A stretch of DNA of 63,940 nt, counting the filler, from Octopus bimaculoides (taxonomy: Eukaryota): the NCBI RefSeq assembly GCF_001194135.2. It is 4 parts of 4 records of this genome, joined end to end, with 100 filler letters (N's around TTAATTAATTAA, not from the genome) between each part and the next. Parts side by side here need not be neighbours in the genome. Positions count along the whole stretch, not along the records: positions 47,750 to 57,776 come from NC_068982.1; positions 57,877 to 63,940 come from NW_026335735.1; 2 more parts are not named here. One strand, given 5' to 3'. The position numbers and the translations under genes are program-made. This document shows, in pieces, positions 54,177 through 63,940 of this stretch. Under the pieces are notes generated by a model. The model was given only the letters and a program-made list of their open reading frames with translations. It ran no database searches and was not told the DNA's origin. How positions within the stretch are numbered: position 1 is the stretch's first letter; each line of letters begins with the position of its first letter.

Positions 54177-55400
54177 GCAACAACAAATGCAAATTCTGCG
54201 ACACATTTGACGAAACTATAGACCATTTCGTCTCGGGATGTCCTGTGCTGGCACCAAACGAATACAAAAATCGCTACGATAGAGTAGAACAGTATTTACA
54301 TCGGAAAATATGTAAACACTACAAAATCAGCACTCCTGCTTACTGGTATGAACATCATCCTGAACCAGTCGTTGAAAGTAAAAATGTTACTATCTTCTAG
54401 GATTTTCCAGTCAACACCGACAGAACGATCCAGGCTAATCGACCAGACATAGTCACTAAAGACAGGGAAGAAAATACTTGTAGAATAATAGATGTAATTG
54501 TTTCCGCTGATGAAAAATATATCTGTAAAGGAATTTGACAAATCAAGTAAATATATGGACCTGGAAATTGAAATACAAAAGATATGGCATCTTAAAGCGA
54601 GAACCTGTTATTGTAGGTACCCTAGGTATGATAAAAAGGGATGAAAGAAAGATCTAGATAACATCCCAGGAGAACCATGTCTCTTGCAACATCCTTAGAA
54701 AAACCCTATCAATTTAAATGTATGTTGTATTGCATGAAGATATTTCGCTACTGCCCCTGCCACTTCCCCTCCCCAAGCTTTCAGTCATATTGTTACATCT
54801 CTTATCCTTCACTCGCCCTATGATGCTGGGTGTGTCTCGGTAACAGACTGTAACAAGCATGCAGAGTAAATGATAATAATAATATGCAGTACCAGGCAGT
54901 GACTTTCATGGCTTCTGATCTTAACTGATTGGAAGTATTATCATGTAAATTGCTTTGTCTTGGTATAAAAGATGGGCTACAGCAAATATTCTGCTCAGTA
55001 ACAGATTTACTTGTCCTTAACCGGCTGACGATATATGCATCTCTGATCACTAGCAGAAGTAGTTGGGAAGCATCATAGCCATGTGTTGAGAGGAATTCTT
55101 TGGGGTTTGAATAATTCACCTCTGGAAACATCCTCAAACAACCATTATTCAGGGACCTTTTAAGCGGGATGGGCTACTTAACCTGAAGAAAATTCTAACT
55201 GGGCCCCACCTGCAAGGTCATGCGCTGTTTATCTTGATATGAGAACACCATGTCGCGCACATATGGTCGTGGTGCATGTGCCTGGTGTACTCTTATCAGA
55301 CGGGTAGTCATAATAAGTATACTGGACTTCGTATGTTTGTACCCCAGTGTCCCTTTAATGGCATGCACTGCTCTCTCACTCAAAAATAATGATAATAATA
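54176..55400 (+). mobile_element. R4/Dong-type retrotransposon (second subfamily) 3' part, with probable ~600 nt 3' UTR and (AAT)n tail
   Basis: CKFCDTFDETIDHFVSGCPVLA...WYEHHPEPV...DFPVNTDRTIQANRPDIV...IIDV...KYMDLEIEI. It starts immediately after the (AAT)n at 54100-54175 and ends in AAT repeats near 55385-55400. Assigning 54.8-55.4 kb as 3' UTR is inference. Confidence 0.85.
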
Positions 55401-55852
55401 ATAGTATTTTATTTAGGTTAAAGGCCAGCAACTTTGTAATCGGGTATCAGTTACCAGCCAATTACATTGACCGCTACTTTATCGATCCCGATGCATTAAA
55501 GTTGTCCGCGGTGGGAATTGAACTAAAATTGTAAAGAGCTGGAACAAACACAGAAAGACATTTTTCAACGCTCTGACGATTCTGCCAATCCACTGCAATA
55601 ACAATAAACGAACAAATATGTTTTCCTGTTTTAAATTGAGGTTATACTTTCTCTATTCCTACTTGCATGCCCTCCCCTACTTCTCCTTATCTCCATCTCT
55701 CTCTTTTTCTCTTTTCTTTGTTTGTTTGTTTGTTTGTTTGTTTCTTTCTTTCTTTCTTTCTTTCTCCCTCTCATTCATTTTCTCTCTATGTTTTCTATCT
55801 TGCTGTTCTCCTTACCTTCGCCCAACCTTAATTTCTGTCCTCTGTCCGTCTG

Positions 55853-55885
<33 letters not shown>

Positions 55886-56099
55886 TTGCCTCTCTTTCTC
55901 TTTCTCTCTCTCACTCTCTCACTCCCCACTCTCTCTGCTTTTCTGACATTTTCCCGTTTGTCCCAATATTCATTATGTCTCTCTGTGTGTCTGACTCCCT
56001 TACCCCAGCCAGCCAATCTCTGTGTTTATACAAACATATAATTAGTTGCCTATATATAAATTACATAATTATTGGTATATAGCCAAGTTAATGTAAATC

Positions 56100-56250
56100 G
56101 ATGAGAGGTGTTCCCCAAGGAGCTGCCCTGAATCATATTCCTTATTATTGTTTACATTAATGTTCTGGAATGTGTAATTCATCCCAAAGGAAGAAACCTA
56201 TTTGCTGAAATTACCCCGAATTTCAGAAAATTCCAGGAATATTATCAATT
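56100..56250 (+). mobile_element. Degraded L2/CR1-group RT fragment
   Basis: GVPQGAAL..FLIIVYINVL...LFAEIT matches the GVPQGSVLGPLLF..YINDL..LFADD pattern. Confidence 0.55.
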
Positions 56251-56962
56251 ACAATACAATATGTACAACAACAACAACAAAAACCAAAAAAAAAACAAGA
56301 AATCTCGAAGAACTAAAATCAGTTCTTTATGTTCGATGGGATGGACAACATTTTTCTTACCTAAGGTAGAGCTTATATTTACAAGAAATGGTGGATAGCA
56401 TTGCGTGACATTCAAATGAATTCGATAAAAATATATTATTAATGGTTGCGGGTGTGGAAGGACGTGGATCGTAAAATTGTGCTTTCGATTCCTAGGCCAG
56501 GTGATGCATTGTGTTTTGAGTAAAGCACTTTATTTCGCATTGCTTTTGTACACTCATCTGCTTTCGTCTCATCCAGTGGGGGATATATACACGATAATAT
56601 ATACGCCGAAAAGCCGACATTATGAGCCTCTGGCTTGGGAAAGAACTTTGATCCAGTCTTTGAGTGGTAGTAGGTGCTATAATCTCAAGAGAACTGGACA
56701 TAATAACCATATTTCCATTAATTTCAGAGTTCAAATCACTCCTTAGTCAATACAGTATATATTAGTAAACAATTTAGGGATATATGATCGATTACAGATA
56801 TCTAACGTTTGAAACCAATGATTGAATGAAACGAACTGTATTGAAGATGAAATATCTATTTGTGGGCCAAGTAGCGATATTAACTTTTGTGCAAGAAGGG
56901 TTTCTTAGAAATGCACCAGTATCGGTCTCTATTGGACTCCAACATGCATTTCTGGATCGTTA

Positions 56963-57021
<59 letters not shown>

Positions 57022-57578
57022 AAAAAAATGGATATAATAACAATGGGAAACTCGTTGTTTTCGCTGGTATGTCTTTAATTAAATAGATAACGAGGAGGAA
57101 GAAGCAGAGATGAGAGAAGCATTTATATATATATATATATATAGATAGATAGATAGATAGATAAACATTGCATACACACATGTATGTGTGTGTATGTTTA
57201 TTGTTTGGATTCCACTTAAGTTCTTTTTAAAAGCGTTCAAGTCGATCGCTAGCAAAGCGACAAGGTTTAGTTAAGTGAGTTCCCGGTGTTTGTAAATATG
57301 TGCTTGAGTTGGTGCGTTGGTTGAATTGTTGACGTACACACCTAAGTGTGTGCATCTGTTCATCTGAAGCAGAGGTTCTGAACCATGTTTTGCATATGGA
57401 TCCCTTTGATTGCCGTTTTACTCTACTGGTCCCTCCTAACCGTTCAATTTCTAAAAATTATTATTATATTTTAATAAGGCGGCGAGCTGGCAGAATCGTT
57501 AGCACGCCGGGCAAGATGCTTAGCGACATTTTGCCTGGCTTTGAATTTTGAGTTCAAATTCCGCCGAGGTCCTTTTTA

Positions 57579-57743
57579 TAGGCGCAGGAGTGACTGTGTG
57601 GTAAGTAACTTGCTTACCAACCACATGGTTCCGGGTTCAGTCCTACTGCGTGGCACCTTGGGAAAGTGTCTTCTACTATAGCCTCGGGTCGACCAGAACC
57701 TTATGAGTTGATTTGGTAGACGGAAACTGAAAGAAGCCCGTCG

Positions 57744-57750
<7 letters not shown>
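57579..57750 (+). mobile_element. tRNA-derived SINE (family C) ending in a (TA)n tail
   Basis: GGCGCAGGAGTGACTGTGTGGTAAG...GGTTCAGTCCTACTGCGTGGCACCTTGGG.AAGTGTCTT...GGTAGACGGAAACTGAAAGAAGCCCGTCG. A second copy lies at about 59231-59360. Confidence 0.8.
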
Positions 57751-57774
<24 letters not shown>

Positions 57775-57878
57775 ATNNNNNNNNNNNNNNNNNNNNNNNN
57801 NNNNNNNNNNNNNNNNNNNNTTAATTAATTAANNNNNNNNNNNNNNNNNNNNNNNNNNNNNNNNNNNNNNNNNNNNCC

Positions 57879-58555
57879 ACCCGGCCCCCACCCACACCCA
57901 CTCGGCTCCAACCGCTCCCTACAGACACCAGCCCTCTCCACGCCCCGCCTCATACAAAGACAAGCATAAGCACACAGGAGCCCCAAATTCCCCCACATAC
58001 GCCCTGGGAAATAAAATACATTGTATTATACAACGGACATAATGAAGAAATATATAAAGAAATAGAAACATGGGATACTGCAATTAAAGTGAACACAACG
58101 GGAGTAAGGGAGTTGCCAGAGCTCATGTAATGTGCGATAGTGGACTCGGATTACCTGGCAAGATTAAAGAAGTATGAGAAAGACTTTAAGTGGTCGGGAA
58201 AGAGGATAAAAACAAGTACTATGCCAGAGCGGGTGAGTTATTTTGACATTCTTAAGAAATATTAAATTGATATATTGAGTAAAAGAGATAATTAGTCGTC
58301 ATAAATGGTAATGAAAAAGGTGTTATAAACTGTTTTAAATCTGTTGTTGCAAATGACAATATAAACGGTGTTGTAACGGGTTCAATGAAGTCGTTCGGAG
58401 GTGGGACCGAGCGACTTCAGTTCATCTATCTTTATATAATTTCATTCATTCCATTCGTTTCGTTTTGATTTGTTTTGGTTTTTGGGGGTTTTTGTCCCCA
58501 CCTTATGCTGTCCTCCCTGTGTAAGGTCTTTCTGTCCAATTTCATAAAATAAAGA
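57879..58555 (+). pseudogene. Unit 1 of an unidentified tandem ORF family (one stop and a frameshift)
   Basis: An open frame runs from the gap: TRPPPTPT...YIVLYNGHNEEIYKEIETWD...LM*CAIVDSDYLARLKKYEKDFKWSGKRIKTST. After a frameshift it reads ANDNINGVVTGSMKSFGGGTERLQFI. AATAAA is at 58548. Confidence 0.6.
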
Positions 58556-58659
58556 CGCTTGCTTCCGGTTTATCGTGATTCATTTGGTTTGTTGGATTTG
58601 TTCGAGATACACGTGTTTGTTTGTTTGTTTTTTTGAGCGTGTGACGTTTTCCCTCTTGT

Positions 58660-59196
58660 GTGATGGAGGGGCGTCGAACAAGGTGCTGTGAGAAGCTGAA
58701 GTATTCTTCCTCAGAATTCGATTCGTCTGAGGAGGAGTTGGTGGAATGCTTGAAAAACATAGACAGAGAGATGGAGAATAGGAACTATGCAGGGGTAGCT
58801 AAGGGAAAAATTGAAGAAGTTAATCTGAAGGAGCTGAGCAAGTTCAAGAAAATGCTTGAAAGGGAGGGGAACGATGTGAAGGTGTCCACTGCTACCATAG
58901 AAGTATTAAAGGACAACGAAGAAAGGACGATTGTCTACAGAACCTACGCGGTGGCAACAAGGAAAATTGAAGTAGTGTCGGAGGCACAAGTAGAAAAGGC
59001 ATTGAGATCAGTCTGGCAGGAGATATCATACCTTGCAAATGGTAATATAAATGGTGTGGCTACAGGCTCAATGAAGTCGCTCGGGGGTGGGGCCGAACGG
59101 TTTCATTTCATCTCTCATTATATTAATCCATTCTTTTCATTCGTTTTGTTTTGTTTCTTTTTTTTGTCCCCACCTTGTGCTGTCCCCTCTATGTAA
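58660..59196 (+). CDS. Unit 2: intact 178-aa intronless ORF of unknown function (possibly an RRM-like retroelement ORF1 derivative)
   Basis: Uninterrupted ORF homologous to unit 1. In the shared 26-codon motif, 10 of 15 nucleotide differences fall at third positions. AATAAA is at 59220. Confidence 0.55.
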   Translation: MMEGRRTRCCEKLKYSSSEFDSSEEELVECLKNIDREMENRNYAGVAKGKIEEVNLKELSKFKKMLEREGNDVKVSTATIEVLKDNEERTIVYRTYAVATRKIEVVSEAQVEKALRSVWQEISYLANGNINGVATGSMKSLGGGAERFHFISHYINPFFSFVLFCFFFLSPPCAVPSM

Positions 59197-59358
59197 GGCC
59201 TTCATGGCCAATTTCATAAAATAAAGAAGCATGCTTACCAATCACATGATTCCGTGTTCAGTCCCACTGCATGGCAACTTAGGCAAGTGTCTTCCACAGC
59301 CTCGGGCCGACCAAAGCCTTGTGAGTGGATTTGGTAGACGGAAACTGAAAGAAACCCG

Positions 59359-59406
<48 letters not shown>

Positions 59407-60719
59407 NNNNNNNNNNNNNNNNNNNNNNNNNNNNNNNNNNNNNNNNNNNNNNNNNNNNNNNNNNNNNNNNNNNNNNNNNNNNNNNNNNNNNNNNNNNNNN
59501 NNNNNNNNNNNNNNNNNNNNNNNNNNNNNNNCATGAAAAGCAATTAACTTGTGGAAAAATTAAATGTTTTTCAAATGCAAAGGACATTTTACTTTTTTCT
59601 GTCTGTCTGTCTCTCTTTTTTACTCTTGTGAAGGCTTCATAGCAGGCAGTAGGAAGTAGCAGTCCTAAAAGAATATATATATATAATCTAGAAGGTTGAA
59701 GAGGAACACACGAGTTGATATGTATAAGGAAAATAAGAAAATGCTAAGATAATTTTATCATGAAGAACATTTTAGTACTGGTTTCAGTCTTTGCGACTTT
59801 TTCAACTTAGAGTAAAGCATGAAAAGCAATTAACTTGTGGAAAAATTAAATGTTTTTCAAATGCAAAGGACATTTTACTTTTTTCTGTCTGTCTGTCTCT
59901 CTTTTTTACTCTTGTGAAGGCTTCATAGCAGGCAGTAGGAAGTAGCAGTCCTAAAAGAATATATATATAATGGGTATGCGTGTTTGCACATTCATATATT
60001 TTAGTGCATGTGTATACACGATACGCAGACAGTGCTGTACCTGTCTGGCAAATAGAATGAGAAATTCTGTCGTTGAGCAGCCATTATACGTGTCTAAAAT
60101 CCTCAAAAATGTGTCCATGCTTTTTGTTTATTATTTAATAAGGTATCAACATTTTCAAGGACATTCAAGTACACAGTAAATAATTGATATTTTTTATTGG
60201 TAAATTCTTATAGGCTTCAGGATGGGGAGGGTGTTTGCTTGTTTTCTGTAATTTACAGTGTGTGCATGATTTCAAAGTCAGGCATCATTACAAGAAAGGA
60301 AAGAGACGAAAGAAAGACAGAAACAATATAAGGCAGACGTATTTATGATGTTAAGATGATATATAGTAGTTTGTCAATACTTTAGAATGGAACCATGCTT
60401 AGCGGTATTTCGTCTATCTTTATGTTCTGAGTTCAAATTCCGCCGAGGTCGACTTTGCCTTTTATCCTTTCGGGTCGATAAATTAAGTACCAGTTGCGTA
60501 CTGGGGGTCGATCTAATCACTGGCCTCCTCCCCAAAAATTTCGGGCCTTGTGCTTAGAGTAGAACAGATTGTAGTTCGCCGCGCAAAATCAGTGCAAGAG
60601 CCTTATAGTATTTATTTATTGACAGCAAACCACAGCAAACATAGATTAGAATCGAGCCTCTAAACTCTTGAGACCTCCGGGCCTTGTGTGTCCATGCCTT
60701 TCAACGGGATTGATCCTAT

Positions 60720-61470
60720 CATGATATGTTCGATTTCTTTCCAACCTTTCCACGTAGTCCTTCAATTCCCGTATTTCGCTACCGTGCTACATAACAGGTT
60801 TAAAACAGGAGTCATATAATCAGTCGTTCAGTAAGAGACAAGAATCTTTGCTCCTAGCAGAGGTGATAGATCCTTAAAAAGTCTTCTACCCCATTCTGAC
60901 TGACTGCTATGCTTTCGAAACACCCCCGTTGATAATGGCAACAAATACTCACACGTGATCTTACTGTTTGCTACTGTACATCCACCTCATGCAAAGTTTC
61001 TCTGACAGTCAGCCTGTGATCCCACTATACCTCTTCTACCCTTGTAGGTTATACGGAGTACACCGTATGAAATTCTTACCTACCCCCTTTTTCATAGTAA
61101 ATATGAATACTTCCCAGATGATATCACAAGAAGTCTCGACATCTTTCCTGTTTGTATTTGCTAGGTTTATTTTGAGGCCCCCTCGTTTCTAGGTCTTCCT
61201 TTCACGTTTAGAATTTCCCTAAATCTTCGACTTCAGTTCTAAGAAATAGATCCTCAACAGTTATATGGTTCTATGGTCTTAAACACTTTTGGTATTGTGC
61301 GGAGAACTATAACAGGAAAAGGCTGAGAATCGACCCCTAACGGACACCCGTTTGCACCTTAAATTTCACCCTGAATTCATTGCAAACTCATATTGCTGAC
61401 GCATCTCTATGTATGCCTTGCATGGCTCTATTAATCCTTTGCCCGTCGAAAGCATTTTTCTAAGTTTGTT
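60720..61470 (-). mobile_element. Degraded RTE-X-like LINE RT fragment with a Cys-rich insert
   Basis: Minus strand LEKCF.R, FKVQTGVR*GSILS, GLKINLANT, KGVGKNFIRCT and HGSEIRELK, read across many stops and frameshifts. Confidence 0.65.
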
Positions 61471-61654
61471 TTAAAATCAAAGCTTGTTTCCTGACTTAAA
61501 GCTAGCCCTTATTTCATGTTATGTTTAATCTAAAGCTTTCCTTTTGTAAGTCTCCTGTTACTTGATATACGGTCAACACTGATCGATGAGAGATGCCTTT
61601 GTGTATAGTATGTGTGTATAGACATGCATGCACGTACACACACACACACACACA

Positions 61655-61705
<51 letters not shown>

Positions 61706-61899
61706 TCAATACACGTAGTAGAGTCTATATATTTGCTCGAAGTTGATAATCCTCATAAATCTCCTGATAAACCTTTTTGCCGCTTAAGTGATCTCTACTT
61801 AATAGACAGAAACAGAGAATACACTGAGTAAGCCATCAGCTTCGAACACGTGTGTGTGTGTGTGTGTGTGTGCGTGTGCGTGTGCGCGTGCGCGTGCGC

Positions 61900-61938
<39 letters not shown>

Positions 61939-62931
61939 TGTGTGTGGTGAGGTGTGTGGTTAAATATGTATACGCATTTCTCATTCATTTCTCCTCTCTG
62001 TTTCACTTAAATATTCAAACGTATTTAAATGCAGCTCATTGGGAACATTCACATCGCCAGTGAAACAAGCCATAACTATCAATGTCAAATAAAACCGTTA
62101 ATAACAATCCTTTCTAATTTTGACACAAGGCAACAATTTTGAGGGGAGGGTGAAGTCGATTGCACCGACTGCAGTGCTCAACTTGTACTTTATTTCATCG
62201 GCCTCGAAAGGGGGAAAGACAAAGTCGACCTCGGCGGAATTTGAGCAACAATAACAATAAAAATGAGCAAGTAAGTTGTAGATTTCACCGCAGATATTTT
62301 TGCCGTAGGAAAATTCGTCCTAAGAAATTTCATTTTAAATGACCTCATCACGTTTTTTAGCTTTGCTTTTTTGTTTTTTGTTTGACATTGAATAAAGACT
62401 TACATATTTAATGCTTTTATAAAACTTTTTTTTTTAATTTAGAAACAAAATGCTAATATAATATCATTGTCCATACAACGAATTTTCCTGACACGGATCA
62501 AGACCCGGTCGTATGCAAAATACATCAAACATTTTTTTCACTTGTGAAAAATATTTCAATGATAATAAAATGAAGCGGTAAAAAAAACTAATCATAAATA
62601 CCAATAAAAATAATGCGGTCGCTTACATCAATAAATCTCAAATAGAGGGCTGTAGTTATTTTTCACCTTCTGTTTTCATAAAAGCTTCATGTGAGAAGAG
62701 ATATACTGGCCTTTTTATCACAGCAAATAGATTCAATGTAGAAGTAGAGGTCTTTATGCAAATATAAAACCCTGGTGATATAATGCCGTTTTTTTAATGA
62801 AATAATGGTTCATAGCTTGGATTGTTAAAGCTGTTAGCGGGGGAAAGCATGTACATCATAACACTGAATCCCTTTGCTGGGGAGTAAATGATGATAACGT
62901 TCTTTTAGTGTCCATAATATTCAATGTGGTG

Positions 62932-63245
62932 GTGAAGGCGCGCGGCTTAGGGGTTAGGGGTGTTCGGCTCACAATCATAAGGTCATGAGTTCGATTCCCG
63001 GCGGCGAATTGTGTCCTTGAGCAACACGCTATATTCCATGTTATTCCGGTCAACTCAGCTGGCAAAAATTGGTTGTACGAGTTGTTATTCAAAGGGCCAG
63101 CCTTGTCGCTTTCTGTGTCACGCTGAATCTCCTTGAGAAATACGTTAAGGGCACGCGTGTCTGTGGAAGGCTTAGCAGCTTGCATGTTAATTTCACGAAC
63201 AGGCTGGAACCCTCATCGCCATAATCGACGGAGTGCCGGTTTTTT
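62932..63245 (+). mobile_element. Full-length tRNA-derived SINE (family D) with a possibly RTE-derived tail
   Basis: Box A/B head (GGCTTAGGGTTAGG...GAGTTCGATTCCCGG), then GTCCTTGAGCAA, a central CTGAATCTCC..GAGAA.TACGTTAAGGG block, and a 3' end ATCGACGGAGTGCC. Confidence 0.8.
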
Positions 63246-63685
63246 TTAATATTCAATGCGTTGAATAAAAAAAAAATGACATGTTTTTTAAACCGTTTTT
63301 GTTGTTTTTTCGGGGTTTCTTAATATCTCAGAAAATCAGCCCGGGTTCCATATACAAAACTGGGCCTCACATAAGCTTTAATGCACCAAAACTTTTTTTC
63401 CCAAAATATGGGCAGGTGAAACTGAGGTGCGTCTAACATGTCCATATGTGACTTATGACATCAAATATGGTAATTCATATCACCTACGTATATGCATGCT
63501 TGCATCCATGCATGCATGAATGATGATGCACGTGTGTGCTTTCGTGCATGTGTACATGCACACTTGCACGCCTGTGTGTTTGTGCATGCACTGACGTATG
63601 TCTATGTTCGTATGCGTGTGTATTCATGCGTAAGTACGTATAAGTATATTTATTTATGTATGTATATATATGCACACACACACAC

Positions 63686-63730
<45 letters not shown>

Positions 63731-63940
63731 ATCAACAGGTGAGATCTAGAGATGCTTCTTACAGAAAACACGTAGTAGTGCTCAAATGATTTCAACTTAA
63801 ACTTCAAAGTTTATAATCGACGACAAGGTCGATAAATGGTATGCAACCAGCTGATGGTAGCATATCCATGACTTTTTGCACATTTCATCCGCTAATTATG
63901 AGCATTATGACTATTATGATTATTCCGAGCTCCCAGAAAC

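Noticed and set aside
57476-63245. True tRNA genes in the SINE heads
   Set aside because: Box A/B motifs are present, but there is no full cloverleaf and each continues into a SINE body.

Overview
AT-rich animal genomic DNA. It is full of microsatellites and N-gaps, and its SINE/LINE content points to an octopod cephalopod (Octopus-like; this is inference from repeat families). No host protein-coding gene can be firmly supported. Almost all recognisable coding sequence is decayed retroelements: Penelope-like elements (RT + GIY-YIG), RTE LINEs with a triple C2H2 C-terminus and (TGTA)n tails, R4/Dong-type RLE elements sitting in (AAT)n arrays, a HERO-type 3' end, an RTE-X-like LINE, a mariner transposase relic, and many tRNA-derived SINEs. 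Three artificial 44N-TTAATTAATTAA-44N spacers show the window is four joined pieces. The most interesting signals are RNA-level. (1) A near-intact minus-strand type I hammerhead ribozyme at 50917-50976, plus several decayed ones near Penelope relics. (2) A complete set of hammerhead core elements in a scrambled (non-circularly permuted) order in the HERO 3' UTR at 50736-50783. (3) A tandem pair of diverged ~0.7 kb intronless units at 57.9-59.2 kb encoding an unidentified protein with a conserved C-terminal motif and a conserved hairpin/pseudoknot plus AATAAA end. Element boundaries are approximate. All alignments were done by eye and no database search was possible.
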